This document shows positions 18,747 through 28,610 of a stretch of 43,509 nt of DNA, piece by piece. The DNA is from Candidatus Hadarchaeales archaeon (lineage in GTDB: Archaea > Hadarchaeota > Hadarchaeia > Hadarchaeales > WYZ-LMO6). Both the position numbers and the translations under genes were made by a program. The stretch is taken from assembly GCA_038851755.1 (NCBI GenBank), contig JAWCKR010000010.1, positions 1 to 43,509 of the forward strand, given 5' to 3'. The notes beneath the pieces are model-generated. The model searched no databases. It saw only the letters and a program-made list of their open reading frames with translations, and was not told where the DNA came from. Within the stretch, counting starts at the first letter, position 1; the number at the start of each line of letters is the position of its first letter.

Positions 18747-19999
18747 GGGCGGTCCTGCACCCTGAACCTCAGGAGGGCCCCCACACCGCCGAAGCTCTCG
18801 TGGAGCTGCTTCCCCTCGTCCGTCTCCGTGGAGATGAACTCCACCTTCGAACCGAACCTCTCCGCCGTCTCCATCAGCTCCTGTACCACGTCCTTGGACT
18901 CCTGGAGGGAGAGCCTGACCTCCCCGCAGAAGGGACAGGACCTTCCCTGAAGCTGCCTCTGGTAGAACTCCAGGTTCCCCGTCGTCTCCTGCAGGCTCCC
19001 GCCGCAGGCCTCGCACCTCACCCTCACCCTGATCTTCCTGAGCTTCTCCGACAGGAGCAGGACCTCCACCGCCCCCGCCTCCAGGTGCCTCCTCACCTCC
19101 TCCTCCCCGTGCGCGATGGGCACCTCGGGCGAGACCAGGCCCGTCATGAACCTCCTCATCAGGTTCTTCTCCTTCGTGATCTCCAGCTCCCTCAGCACCT
19201 CCTCCGCCCTGTCCACCAGCTCCTTCGCCCCGTACTCGTCCGTGTAACCCGTGTCCAGGACCGCTGCCACCTTCTTCGCCAGGTCGGGGGGCAGGAGCTC
19301 CGCCTTCAGGAACTCCTCCTTGGTGGGGCCGGGACCGCCCACGATGATGCACTTCAGGTCCGGGATGCTCCCGAAGGCTGCGGAGGCAGCCTCCGCCACC
19401 CTCTTCAGGTACTCGTGCATGGCGTACTCCCTTATCCTCTCGAACCTCCTGGCCGACTGCCCCCCCCTCGAGTGCTTCCCCCAGACCCCGGAGTAGAGGT
19501 GATCCACCACCTCCAGGTGCTTTCCCTTCAGGAGGGCCACGGTGGCCTCCTTCCCGTCCAGCGTGAGGAGGCCCACTATCTCCTTGGGCTCAAGCATCTG
19601 CTTCAGGGGCTCGAGCACGAACTGCTGGTCACAGCGGTAGAGGCGGATGGGGACGGGCTCGGGGGGCTCGATCCAGTAGAGCTGGATGTCGGGCGCGTCC
19701 TCCCTCCCGGCCACGTTCCCCGCGAAGATCACCATGCCGTGGGGAGGGGGGACCCTGTTGGCCTCCATGTAGGTGCGGAGGAACTGTATCACCCTCTCCA
19801 GAGCCCCCAGCACGTTCTTCCTGGTGGTCTTGGACTTGATGTTCTCCGCCGTCCCCTGTTCCTCCCTGAGCTGGGCCATCACCTTGGCCAGGTCGTAACC
19901 GGGAGGGATGTAGACGGAGATGAGCTCCGTGCCCCTCCCCGACTTCTCCTCCAGCTCCTCCAGCAGGCGCTTGAAGTGATAGAGGGATCTCTCTGCCAT
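18743..19999 (-). CDS. prf1: Peptide chain release factor aRF1
   Basis: GRGTELISVYIP, NIKS, YRCD, HSRGGQSARRF, FGGVGALLRF; start at ATG 19999. Confidence 0.97.
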   Translation of the reverse strand: MAERSLYHFKRLLEELEEKSGRGTELISVYIPPGYDLAKVMAQLREEQGTAENIKSKTTRKNVLGALERVIQFLRTYMEANRVPPPHGMVIFAGNVAGREDAPDIQLYWIEPPEPVPIRLYRCDQQFVLEPLKQMLEPKEIVGLLTLDGKEATVALLKGKHLEVVDHLYSGVWGKHSRGGQSARRFERIREYAMHEYLKRVAEAASAAFGSIPDLKCIIVGGPGPTKEEFLKAELLPPDLAKKVAAVLDTGYTDEYGAKELVDRAEEVLRELEITKEKNLMRRFMTGLVSPEVPIAHGEEEVRRHLEAGAVEVLLLSEKLRKIRVRVRCEACGGSLQETTGNLEFYQRQLQGRSCPFCGEVRLSLQESKDVVQELMETAERFGSKVEFISTETDEGKQLHESFGGVGALLRFRVQDRP

Positions 20000-20039
20000 C
20001 TTCCCCACCCCTTTTTTAGCTGCACGCTTAAGAAGGCAT

Positions 20040-20723
20040 GTGAGAATCACCCTGAACTTCGGTGGCTCCGTCCTCTCGCCGGAGTGGCCGGACGTGGAGA
20101 GCCTCAAACTGGCGGCGAAGGCGGTGAGGGAGCTGGTGGAGAAGAAGCACCAGGTGCTGGTGGTGGTGGGGGGAGGGAGGCCCGCCAGGAGGTACATAGA
20201 GGCGGGGGAGAAGCTGGGGGGATCGGAGGTCCTCCTGCACGAGCTCGGGATAAGCATCACGCGCCTCAACGCGCGCCTGCTCGCCATGGCCCTGGGGGAG
20301 CTCTCCGAACCCTCGCCCCCGGCCACCTTCAGGGAGGCCCTGCAGCTCATGCTGAGGGGGAAGGTCCCCGTCATGGGGGGCACGGTGCCCGGGCACACGA
20401 CCGACGCGGTTACTGCCATGGGCGCGAAGGCCACCAACTCCTCCATGCTCCTGTTCGTGACGGATGTGGACGGGGTGTACACCGCCGATCCCAAGCTGGA
20501 TCCCGGCGCCAGGAAGCTGGACAGGATCACGGTGGAGGAACTCGTGAAGCTCGTGGGGACCAGGGTGACCCCCGGCATGAGGGCCGTGCTGGACCCGGTG
20601 GCGGTGAAGCTCCTGCAGCAGCTGAGGATAAGGACGGTGGTGATAGGGAAGAAGGAGATCCCCAGGATACCCCTCATCGTGGAGGGGGGAGAGCACAGCG
20701 GGACGGAGATCCTGACGGGGTGA
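20040..20723 (+). CDS. pyrH: Uridylate kinase (archaeal)
   Basis: FGGSV, VVGGGRPAR, GGTVPGHTTDAV, TDVDGVYTADP. Confidence 0.88.
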   Translation: MRITLNFGGSVLSPEWPDVESLKLAAKAVRELVEKKHQVLVVVGGGRPARRYIEAGEKLGGSEVLLHELGISITRLNARLLAMALGELSEPSPPATFREALQLMLRGKVPVMGGTVPGHTTDAVTAMGAKATNSSMLLFVTDVDGVYTADPKLDPGARKLDRITVEELVKLVGTRVTPGMRAVLDPVAVKLLQQLRIRTVVIGKKEIPRIPLIVEGGEHSGTEILTG

Positions 20724-20727
20724 GGGG

Positions 20728-20919
20728 ATGGTGGAGGACCACAGGCACTGCCCCGTCTGCGGGAAACCCGTGGAGAAGGAAAAGATCTTCTGCTCTCCCT
20801 CCTGCGAGGAGCTCTTCAGGGCCCAGCAGGAGAAGCTCAAGAGGGCCAGGCTCCTCTCCTTCCTCCTGGTCTTCCTCCTCCTCTTCCTCCTGCTGGTCCT
20901 CTCCTCCCTCTCGGGATGA
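20728..20919 (+). CDS. DUF2116-like Zn-ribbon membrane protein
   Basis: HRHCPVCGKP...FCSPSC plus a C-terminal TM helix; follows pyrH. Confidence 0.85.
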   Translation: MVEDHRHCPVCGKPVEKEKIFCSPSCEELFRAQQEKLKRARLLSFLLVFLLLFLLLVLSSLSG

Positions 20920-23559
20920 TCAGCGCCTGATGACCAGGAGGAGGTCGGGGTTCTGCAGCCTGACCACCTCCACGCCCTCCCCCTCGTAGGAGACCTCCTT
21001 CCTCACCCTGAGGTCCCCCGGACTCAGCTCCACCCTCTCTCCCCCCAGCTCCAGCGTGAAGGGGCCCCTCTCCAGCCTCTGCGCCACCTCCCCGCCGTGC
21101 TCCCGGAGGAACTCCGCCAGCTTCTTCATACCGGAACGCAGCCTGGGCCCAAGCCTGGAGAGGTCGGGCTCCACGGCCACCACCCTCTCCTCCAGCTCCG
21201 GTTTCTCGGAGGAGAGGTGCAGCCTCCTGAGGTGGGCCGTGGCGACCAGGTCCTCCTCCACCTCCCTGAGCCTCTCCACCACGGGGGGGGAGGCGAAGAT
21301 CCTCACCTCCTCCAGCTCCCCGCTGAGGGGGAGACCGTGCGAGGACTTGAACTGGCGCAGGGCCCCCAGCACCAGGTGGAGGAGCTCGGCCGTCCTTTCG
21401 GCCTCCTCGTCCACCCTCTCCTTCTCGGGCGAAGGCCAGGGGGCGAGGTGCACGCTGGGATAGCCCTCGTCCTTCAGGTAGGTCTGGTAAATCTCCTCCG
21501 TGAGGTGGGGGATGAAGGGGGCGAGCAGCCTGCACACCTTGGAGACCACCTCCCTCAGCACGTACCTCACCTCCTCCTGGCGGCCACCGTAGAGCCTGTG
21601 CTTGACCTCCTCTATGTAGAGGTCGCAGAACTCATGCCACACGAAGGACTGGAGGGAGATGAGGGCCTGGTTGAACTGGAAGTCCTCCAGCAGGGAGGTG
21701 ACCCTCTCCACCAGCCTCTGCAGCCTGCTGAGGATCCACCTGTCCACCGCTCTCAGCTTCAGCCCCTCGCCTCCCTTGACCCCTCCGAGATGGGGACCGG
21801 CGAACCTCACGGCGTTCCACAGCTTCTGCATGAACCTGTAGCCGTACACCACCTCCTTCCAGGAGAAGGGCACGTCCGATCCCGTGGAGGCCGCCAGCAC
21901 GCTCCACTGCCTGAGGGCGTCGGCACCGTACTTCCCGTAGACGGAGGAGGTCTCGATGAAGTTCCCCAGCGACTTCGACATCTTCCTGCCATCCTCCCCG
22001 AAGACCATCCCGTTGATGAGGACCGTGCGGTAGGGGGCCTCCCCGAGCAGGGCGAGGTGCCTGACCATCAGGTAGTAGTCCCAGGTCCTTATGATGTCCG
22101 TCCCGTTGGGCTGCAGGTCGGCGGGGAAGAGCCTCCTGTCGAGGTTGGGCCAGCCCGCATGCGCGGCGATGGTGATGGAGCTGTCCATCCAGGTGTCCAG
22201 CACATCCCTCTCCCCCTCGAAGTCCTCCCCGCCGCACCTCGGGCACTTCCCCCTGGGCCTGTCCTTCATGGGGTTCACGGGGAGCTGGTCCTCCTCCGCC
22301 ACCACGGTCTCCCCGCACCTCCTGCAGTACCAGACGGGGATGGGGGTGGCGAAGATCCTCTGCCTGGAGATCACCCAGTCCCAGTCCATCGAGTTGGCCC
22401 AGTCCACCAGGCGCTGTCCCATGTACTCCGGCACCCACCTCACCTTCCTGGCCTCCTCCACCACCCTCTCCCTGAGGTCCAGGACCCTCATGAACCACTG
22501 CTTCTTCGTCAGGATCTCCACGGGGGTCTTGCACCTCCAGCAGACGCCCACGCTCTGCACCAGCCTTTCCTGCTTGAGCAGGTCACCCTCTTTCTCGAGG
22601 TCCTCCAGGATCGCCCTCCTCGCCTCCTCCACGCTGAGGCCCGCGTACTTCCCCGCCTCCCCCGTCAGCCTTCCCCTCTCATCCAGGAGCCTGATCACGG
22701 GGAGGCCGTACCTGGCCACCCACCTCACGTCCGTCTTGTCCCCGTAGGTGCAGATCATCACCACGCCCGTCCCGAAGTTCGGGTCCACCTCCGGATCCTG
22801 TATCACCTCGACCTTCCTGCCGCACGCCGGCACCTCCACCTTCCTCCCCACGTACTGCCGGTACCTCTCGTCCTCAGGATGGACCGCCACCACCACGCAG
22901 GCGGGCAGGTACTCCGGGCGGGTGGTGGCGATGACCAGCTCTCCTCCCCCCTCGAGCCTGAACCTGAGGTAGTTCAGCTTCCCCTCCTTCTCCTCGTACT
23001 CCACCTCCGCGTCGGCTATGGCGGTCTCGCACCTGGGGCACCAGTTGACCGGGTGTTCCCCCCTGTAGATCCTCCCCTGCCTGTAGAGCCTGACGAAGGA
23101 GAGCTGGGTCCTGTAGAAGTAGGAGGGGTCCATGGTCCTGTACTCCCTGGTCCAGTCGATGGAGAACCCCATCGAGCGCATTTCCTTCCTCATCCTCTCT
23201 ATGTTCTCCTCGGTGAGCTTCACGCACAGCTCCCTGAACCTCTCGGGGGGCAGGTCCCCCTTCCTTATCCCGTACTTCTTCTCCACCTGCACCTCGGTGG
23301 GGAGACCGTGGCAGTCCCAGCCCTGCGGGAAGAGGACGTTGTACCCCCTCATGCGCTTGTACCTGGCCACGATGTCCATGTAGGTCCAGTTCAGGGCCGT
23401 GCCCAGGTGGAACTCCCCGCTGGGGTAGGGCGGGGGAGTGTCCATCACGTAGGTGGGGGCGCTGCTCTCCGGATCGAAGCGGTAGAGCCCCTTCTCCTCC
23501 CACCACTTCTGCCACTTGGGCTCCACCTTCCTGGGATCGTACTCCTTGGGGGGCTGCAT
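20920..23559 (-). CDS. valS: Valine--tRNA ligase (archaeal type)
   Basis: DTPPPYPSG, HLGT (HIGH), GWDCHGLPTE, DWVISRQR, KMSKS. Confidence 0.96.
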   Translation of the reverse strand: MQPPKEYDPRKVEPKWQKWWEEKGLYRFDPESSAPTYVMDTPPPYPSGEFHLGTALNWTYMDIVARYKRMRGYNVLFPQGWDCHGLPTEVQVEKKYGIRKGDLPPERFRELCVKLTEENIERMRKEMRSMGFSIDWTREYRTMDPSYFYRTQLSFVRLYRQGRIYRGEHPVNWCPRCETAIADAEVEYEEKEGKLNYLRFRLEGGGELVIATTRPEYLPACVVVAVHPEDERYRQYVGRKVEVPACGRKVEVIQDPEVDPNFGTGVVMICTYGDKTDVRWVARYGLPVIRLLDERGRLTGEAGKYAGLSVEEARRAILEDLEKEGDLLKQERLVQSVGVCWRCKTPVEILTKKQWFMRVLDLRERVVEEARKVRWVPEYMGQRLVDWANSMDWDWVISRQRIFATPIPVWYCRRCGETVVAEEDQLPVNPMKDRPRGKCPRCGGEDFEGERDVLDTWMDSSITIAAHAGWPNLDRRLFPADLQPNGTDIIRTWDYYLMVRHLALLGEAPYRTVLINGMVFGEDGRKMSKSLGNFIETSSVYGKYGADALRQWSVLAASTGSDVPFSWKEVVYGYRFMQKLWNAVRFAGPHLGGVKGGEGLKLRAVDRWILSRLQRLVERVTSLLEDFQFNQALISLQSFVWHEFCDLYIEEVKHRLYGGRQEEVRYVLREVVSKVCRLLAPFIPHLTEEIYQTYLKDEGYPSVHLAPWPSPEKERVDEEAERTAELLHLVLGALRQFKSSHGLPLSGELEEVRIFASPPVVERLREVEEDLVATAHLRRLHLSSEKPELEERVVAVEPDLSRLGPRLRSGMKKLAEFLREHGGEVAQRLERGPFTLELGGERVELSPGDLRVRKEVSYEGEGVEVVRLQNPDLLLVIRR

Positions 23560-23656
23560 CCTTCCACCGAGCATAAAGCACGGCACGGATAAAAAAGGTT
23601 GGGAAACACGATGTGATTCTATAAAAGCTCCGAACGCCAGAGAGAAAGGTGGGCAG

Positions 23657-23914
23657 ATGAGCGAGAATCCCTCCCTGGCGGGCAGGTCCTACCTGCTGAT
23701 AGAGGTGGAGCCGGGAAAGGAAGAATACGTGATACCGCAGCTGAGGAAGACACCCCACGTAAGCATGGTGGACTTCGTGCACGGGGAGTACGACGTGGTT
23801 TGCGTCCTGGAAGGCAACGTAAAGGACGTGGACAATGCCGTGATAGAGATCAGGAAGCTGCCACACATCCGGAGAACCGTGACCCTCACGGCCTTCAAGA
23901 CCAAGCCCAGGTGA
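23657..23914 (+). CDS. Stand-alone Lrp/AsnC ligand-binding (RAM) domain protein
   Basis: YLLIEVEPGKE..VHGEYDVV..IRKLPHIRRTVTL; no HTH; start at ATG 23657. Confidence 0.85.
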   Translation: MSENPSLAGRSYLLIEVEPGKEEYVIPQLRKTPHVSMVDFVHGEYDVVCVLEGNVKDVDNAVIEIRKLPHIRRTVTLTAFKTKPR

Positions 23915-23977
23915 TCCAGGCAAAGAAGAGGTGAAAACGTCTCCCTTTCGGAGGGGGAGCGGGAGGAGCTGGAAAGG

Positions 23978-24700
23978 TTGGGACTCAGGATCGCGGCCAC
24001 GGGGGACGTTCACTCCCCCAAGTATCTGGACCTCTTCGGCGAAGCCCTGGGCAGGATGGGCAAGGTGGACCTCTTCCTGCTGGCGGGGGATCTCGTGTAC
24101 AAGAACGACCACACCCAGCTGGCTCCCCTGCTGGAAACCCTCAGGAAGTTCCACGAAGGGGAGGTCCTGGCCTGCTTCGGGAACGAGGAGTACCTGCAGG
24201 ACCGGGAGAAGTACCGGAAGCTGAAGGCCCCGCGCTGGGTGGAGGACGAGGCGGTGATAGTGGAGGTGAGGGGGACCGAGGTGGGAGTAGTGGGATCCCA
24301 GGGTTCCCTTTCCCGCCCCACCTACTGGCAGCGCACCCACCTTCCCGGCATAGCCGAGATCTACGAGGAGAGAGTGAAGCTGCTGGACCGGCTGCTCAAG
24401 GAGCTGAATACGGAGGTGAAGGTGGTCCTCACCCACTACGCCCCCACCTTCGCCACGGTGAAGGGGGAGGACCGGGAGTCCCTGCCGGAAATCGGCAACA
24501 GGAAGCTGGAGGAGGTGATAGCGAGGAGACAACCGGATCTCTGGGTCCACGCCCACGCGCACAGGGCTTCGGTCCTGGAGACCACGATGGGAAGAACGCT
24601 GGTGGTCAACGCTTCCCTCCCCGCCCGGAGGGAAATCTACGTGACCGACCTCCCCAGGAAGAGCGGCCTGGATACCTTCCTCCCGCAAGAGGTCAGGTGA
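23978..24700 (+). CDS. Calcineurin-like metallophosphoesterase
   Basis: GDVH, AGDLV, GNEE, THYAP, HAHAH. Confidence 0.88.
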   Translation: MGLRIAATGDVHSPKYLDLFGEALGRMGKVDLFLLAGDLVYKNDHTQLAPLLETLRKFHEGEVLACFGNEEYLQDREKYRKLKAPRWVEDEAVIVEVRGTEVGVVGSQGSLSRPTYWQRTHLPGIAEIYEERVKLLDRLLKELNTEVKVVLTHYAPTFATVKGEDRESLPEIGNRKLEEVIARRQPDLWVHAHAHRASVLETTMGRTLVVNASLPARREIYVTDLPRKSGLDTFLPQEVR

Positions 24701-26333
24701 GCCAGCAGAGCAGCGCTCCCCCTCCCACCGTCCCCAGGGTGAACACGAGGAGGGAGAGGGGCAGGCCAGAGGCCAGCCTGAGCCTCCTCCCCATCCCGCC
24801 CTCCCCCTCCATCTCCGAGACCAGGGAGAGGAGGAAGAAGGAGAGGACCAGCTGGTAGGACCCGAGGAGGAGAAGGAGGAGGGAGGGTGAGAGGGAGCCC
24901 GGGAAGAAACCCGCTCCCCTCTCCCAGAGGACCGCGTACATCTGGCAGGTGAGGGAGGTGATGAGGGGGGAGAAGAAGAGGGCCAGGGAACGCATGGAGG
25001 AGGAGACCTCCGCCATCTCCTCCCTTCCCCTGCGCTCCACCTCCCTCAGCCTCCTCAGGTGAGAGGAAAGCTGAAGGGCCGCCTCGCCCGCCGCCCTCTC
25101 GCCCCGCTTCGCCAGCTCCGCCAGCAGGGAAAAGGTCCCCCTCACCAGCCCCGAGGGCGTGCCTTTCCAACCCTCCGCGGGCTCCCGCCCTTCCACCCTC
25201 CCGAGGGCCTCCTCCCACGGCCTTCCCGCCCTGAGCTCGCTGCCCAGCTCCTGCAGCCTCTCCGGCAGGTCGTCCTCCAGCTCCAGCAGGCGGCGGCGCT
25301 CCTTCACCTCGAAAGAGGCGGGAAGGAGGCGGAGGGAGAGGGGGAGGACCATCGACCAGAGGAAGACCAGCACCCTCAGCTCTGGGGAGGGCAGGAGGGG
25401 GAGGCCGAGGAGGAGGGCAAGGGGGAGAAGGAAGACGGGGGAGGTCTTTCCCCTCCGGGACGGGGGCTCCGCGGGCGGGGAGACCACGGGGCGCCTGGAG
25501 AGGATCCAGGAGCTGAGGAGGTACAGGACCAGCGGGAGGAGGAAACCGTAGAGGAAGGCCAGGGGGAGGGGAGTGGAAAGGAGGCCCAAGGAGCCCAGCA
25601 CGGGAACGAGGGTGAGGACGCAGAGGGGGAGAAGGATCCCGAAGGAGTAGAGCAGGAGGAGGGGGAACCTCACCCAGCCCACGAACTCCCTCACCCTCTC
25701 CCTCACGTCCTCCAGCGAGCCCTCCAGCGCCCGCTCCACCGCCTTCCTCCTGTCCTCCTCACCCATTCTGACGGAGGCCAGGAGGAGGTGGAGGTGCTTC
25801 GAAAGTTCGGGCGGGTCCCCCCACCTCCTCGAGAAGCAACGAAGGGCCTCCCCCGCCTCCCTGTGGACCCTGAGGAAGACCCTGGAGAGCTCCTTCCCGA
25901 GCTCCGGTCCCATCCTTCCCCCCGTGTTCTCCGCGGCGAACCCTCCTGCCACCTCCGGGTTGGGGTTGAGGAGGAGGGAGGAGGAGAGGGTGCAGAGGAG
26001 CCTGGGCACCTCACCCACCCTCCTCCTTTTCTCACCCTCCGCCGCCTGGAGGGGATAACCGCTCACACCCAGGTAGACCAGGGGAGGGAGGAAGAGGAGG
26101 AGGGCGAACCTCAGGGAGAGGAGGAGGAAGGGAAGGAGGAGGAGAGAGGAGAGAAGGGAGAGGAGGAGGGCCAGCGCCCTCACCTCACCCACCTCCACCT
26201 CCCACCCCAGGAACCTCAGGCTCTCCCCCAACCTCTCGTCCTCCCCCCAGCGGGTGCCCAGCCAGCGCCCGGCCCACCTGCAGGAGCGGACGAAGAGGTT
26301 CACCTGAGGCTCTCCCTCAGCCACCTCTCCCAC
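24693..26333 (-). CDS. Type IV pilus / T2SS-F (TadB/TadC-like) membrane platform protein
   Basis: Multi-TM with two T2SSF-like cytoplasmic segments (GEVPRLLCTLSSSL..NPE; LPERLQELGSELRAGRPWEEAL); directly downstream of the ATPase. Confidence 0.78.
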   Translation of the reverse strand: MGEVAEGEPQVNLFVRSCRWAGRWLGTRWGEDERLGESLRFLGWEVEVGEVRALALLLSLLSSLLLLPFLLLSLRFALLLFLPPLVYLGVSGYPLQAAEGEKRRRVGEVPRLLCTLSSSLLLNPNPEVAGGFAAENTGGRMGPELGKELSRVFLRVHREAGEALRCFSRRWGDPPELSKHLHLLLASVRMGEEDRRKAVERALEGSLEDVRERVREFVGWVRFPLLLLYSFGILLPLCVLTLVPVLGSLGLLSTPLPLAFLYGFLLPLVLYLLSSWILSRRPVVSPPAEPPSRRGKTSPVFLLPLALLLGLPLLPSPELRVLVFLWSMVLPLSLRLLPASFEVKERRRLLELEDDLPERLQELGSELRAGRPWEEALGRVEGREPAEGWKGTPSGLVRGTFSLLAELAKRGERAAGEAALQLSSHLRRLREVERRGREEMAEVSSSMRSLALFFSPLITSLTCQMYAVLWERGAGFFPGSLSPSLLLLLLGSYQLVLSFFLLSLVSEMEGEGGMGRRLRLASGLPLSLLVFTLGTVGGGALLCWLT

Positions 26334-28444
26334 CTCTCCCTCACCCTCTCCGGTTTAGGCTCGCCGCTCCTCACCTCCTCCTCCCACAGGGAGCGGAAGC
26401 GCTGGTTGGACCGGAAAACGAACTCCGCCTCCAAGAGATCGGCCCTCCCCTCCCTCACGCTCGTCCTCACCAGCGTGGCCAGGAGGCTCTCCCTCAGCCT
26501 CCAGTGGGAGAGGAGGGCGCGGAGCCCCATCCCCCATCGCCTGGCCAAGGAGCGCAGCAGTCCTGACCCCTCCACCTCCCCGGGCACGAACCTGTCCCCC
26601 TTCACCTCGTACCTCACCAGCTCCCTGAACTCCACCTCCTCCACCTTCACCACCTCGGCAACCTGCACCACTCTCCTCCTCCTCTTCAGCCCGCCCAGGG
26701 GCCTGATGGGGGCGGAGGCCACCACCGCATCCACCGCGGCGAAGGAGGAGGGCTGCACCCCGAGGTCGTGCACCACCCTCTCGAAGACCTCCTCCGCGCT
26801 GGCCCCGTGGATGGTCCCCATCACGCAGTTCCCGGCCGCCCCCACCCTCATCGCCTCGAAGAGGGTCCTGGCCTCAGGACCCCTCACCTCGCCCACCACC
26901 AGCACGGATTCCCCCAGCCTCAGGGCGGCCCTCAGGGCCTCCTCCGCGGAGGGCTCCACCTCCGACTTCCCGAGGGGGGAGCGGGTGCGAAGGGTCTGGA
27001 CCTTGAAACCGAGAGAACGGAGGGAAGCGGCTGGAAGCTCCGGCGTGTCCTCCAGGAGGAGGATCCTGAACTTGGGGGGGAGCTCGAAGAGGAGGCTGGT
27101 GAGGAGGGAGGTCTTCCCCGAACCTCGCGTGCCCGTCAGGAGGAGGGAGGCCTGGGCGTCCACCAAAAGGCTAAGGAGGGAGGCGGTGGGAGGGTCGAGG
27201 AACCCCGCCCTCACGAACTGGGGAAGGGTCCAGGGGGAGGAGCGGTGCCTGCGGAAGGAAAAGGCCTTTCCGTCAGGGCTGAGGGGCGGGCCTATGGCCG
27301 TGACCCTCACCCCTCCCAGCTCGGCCTCCAGCACGGGATCGGCCTCCGAGAAGGGACGCCCGCTGAGGGCCCTGAGCCTGGAGACCAGCGCCTCCGCCTC
27401 CTCCTCGGAGGGGTAAACGTTGGTGAGGCACTCCTCGAAGTCCTGGTGGTAGAGGTGGAGGGGCGTCTCCCCCGGAGGAGCGTCGAGGTAGACGTCCTGC
27501 ACCCTCTCATCGGAGAGGAGGAGCTCCAGCACCCCCAGGCCCGCGGTGAACCTTGCCAGCGACTCGGACAGGCGGTCTATCTCTTCCTTCCCCACCTCCA
27601 GGCCCCTCCTCCCCACCTCCTCCGCCATCCTCCTGGCCGCCAGCCTCTGGATCCTCCCCCTCAGGAGCTCCGGTCCTCCCTCCAGGGGAGGAGGGTCCCT
27701 GCTGAGGGCCTCCCTCACCTCGTACATCAGACGCACCAGCTCCGGAGGGAGGGAGCACTCCCTGGGGAGGAGGAAATAGAGGAACTGGGAGGTGCGGGGG
27801 CAAAGGTAAATCCTCACCTCGCCGCCCCTCAGCCCGTATCTCTCCACCAGCTCCGCCCCCGGTGGAGGGTCCATCCCCAGCCTGGAGAACATGAAGGAGG
27901 GGCGGAGCCTGGGCCCCGGGAACCTGCCTCCCTGAAAGACCTCCCCGCAGATCCTCTCCAGGGCCCCCCTCATGGGACGGAGGAACCCCGTGAGGAAGGA
28001 AGAGCGGCACTCCCTGCAGCGGGCGCTCCCCCTTCCCGAGGCCACTTCCAGCTCCCTCAGGTGGCCCTCCAGCTCCTCCCTCGCCTCCAGGGGCGAGCGG
28101 GAAAGCCTGAGGGAGAGGGAGGCCAGGAGACCCCTCCTCTCCTCCTCGCACCTCCCGCATCCCCTGCAGGTCCTCATCATGGACCTGAGCTCCCAGTCCG
28201 AGAGGAGGAGGGCCAGTCTCCTCATCCCCTCCAGTTCCCTCCCGGCGTACTCCCTCTCGTAAGCCCCGGGGAACTGCACCTCCTCCACCTGGGGGCACTC
28301 GGCCAGCCCCCTCAGCAGGCCCTCCATGCACCTTCCCGAGACCCCGGGATCCGCTCCCTCCCCGCAGGAGTCGCAACCGAAGCGGAGGACCCTCCTCCTC
28401 CCGAACCTCAGGATCCCGAAGCTGCACCCTTTTCTCTCACCCAT
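26300..28444 (-). CDS. Type IV pilus assembly ATPase (VirB11/CpaF/FlaI family) with Cys-rich N-terminus
   Basis: Walker A GTRGSGKT, EDTPEL Asp box, Walker B ALRLGESVLVVGEVRGPEA, GTIHG His box. Confidence 0.92.
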   Translation of the reverse strand: MGERKGCSFGILRFGRRRVLRFGCDSCGEGADPGVSGRCMEGLLRGLAECPQVEEVQFPGAYEREYAGRELEGMRRLALLLSDWELRSMMRTCRGCGRCEEERRGLLASLSLRLSRSPLEAREELEGHLRELEVASGRGSARCRECRSSFLTGFLRPMRGALERICGEVFQGGRFPGPRLRPSFMFSRLGMDPPPGAELVERYGLRGGEVRIYLCPRTSQFLYFLLPRECSLPPELVRLMYEVREALSRDPPPLEGGPELLRGRIQRLAARRMAEEVGRRGLEVGKEEIDRLSESLARFTAGLGVLELLLSDERVQDVYLDAPPGETPLHLYHQDFEECLTNVYPSEEEAEALVSRLRALSGRPFSEADPVLEAELGGVRVTAIGPPLSPDGKAFSFRRHRSSPWTLPQFVRAGFLDPPTASLLSLLVDAQASLLLTGTRGSGKTSLLTSLLFELPPKFRILLLEDTPELPAASLRSLGFKVQTLRTRSPLGKSEVEPSAEEALRAALRLGESVLVVGEVRGPEARTLFEAMRVGAAGNCVMGTIHGASAEEVFERVVHDLGVQPSSFAAVDAVVASAPIRPLGGLKRRRRVVQVAEVVKVEEVEFRELVRYEVKGDRFVPGEVEGSGLLRSLARRWGMGLRALLSHWRLRESLLATLVRTSVREGRADLLEAEFVFRSNQRFRSLWEEEVRSGEPKPERVRERWERWLRESLR

Positions 28445-28610
28445 CCCTCTCCCCCCGCGCGGGGAGGCGGAGCTGGTCCTCCAGCAGTTCGACCCTCTTC
28501 TCCAGGTATTCCAGGCGCTGCTCCAGCACCCTGAAGTCGTTCAGCAGGTGGGAGATCCACCTACCGTGCTCCGCCAGCACGGAGAGCTCCCTCTTCCTTC
28601 CGAACCTCAC
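28437..28610 (-). CDS. 57-aa coiled-coil hypothetical protein
   Basis: My translation: MRFGRKRELSVLAEHGRWISHLLNDFRVLEQRLEYLEKRVELLEDQLRLPARGERDG*; its stop overlaps the ATPase start. Confidence 0.6.
   Translation of the reverse strand: MRFGRKRELSVLAEHGRWISHLLNDFRVLEQRLEYLEKRVELLEDQLRLPARGERDG

Noticed and set aside
21097-23592. Very long antisense ORFs (831 aa here; also 18800-20989, 25059-27416, 26768-28534, 5636-6889, 39734-40903)
   Set aside because: Shadow frames opposite or across well-supported genes; high GC3 suppresses stops, and the products are H/P/L/Q-rich with no motifs
24693-26333. Runs of GAG/AGG/CTC that look like simple repeats
   Set aside because: They reflect Leu/Glu/Arg codon bias in coding sequence, not tandem repeat arrays
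26300-28444. ATPase and platform as archaellum FlaI/FlaJ, or as a conjugation system
   Set aside because: No archaellin, FlaH, VirB4 or relaxase genes nearby
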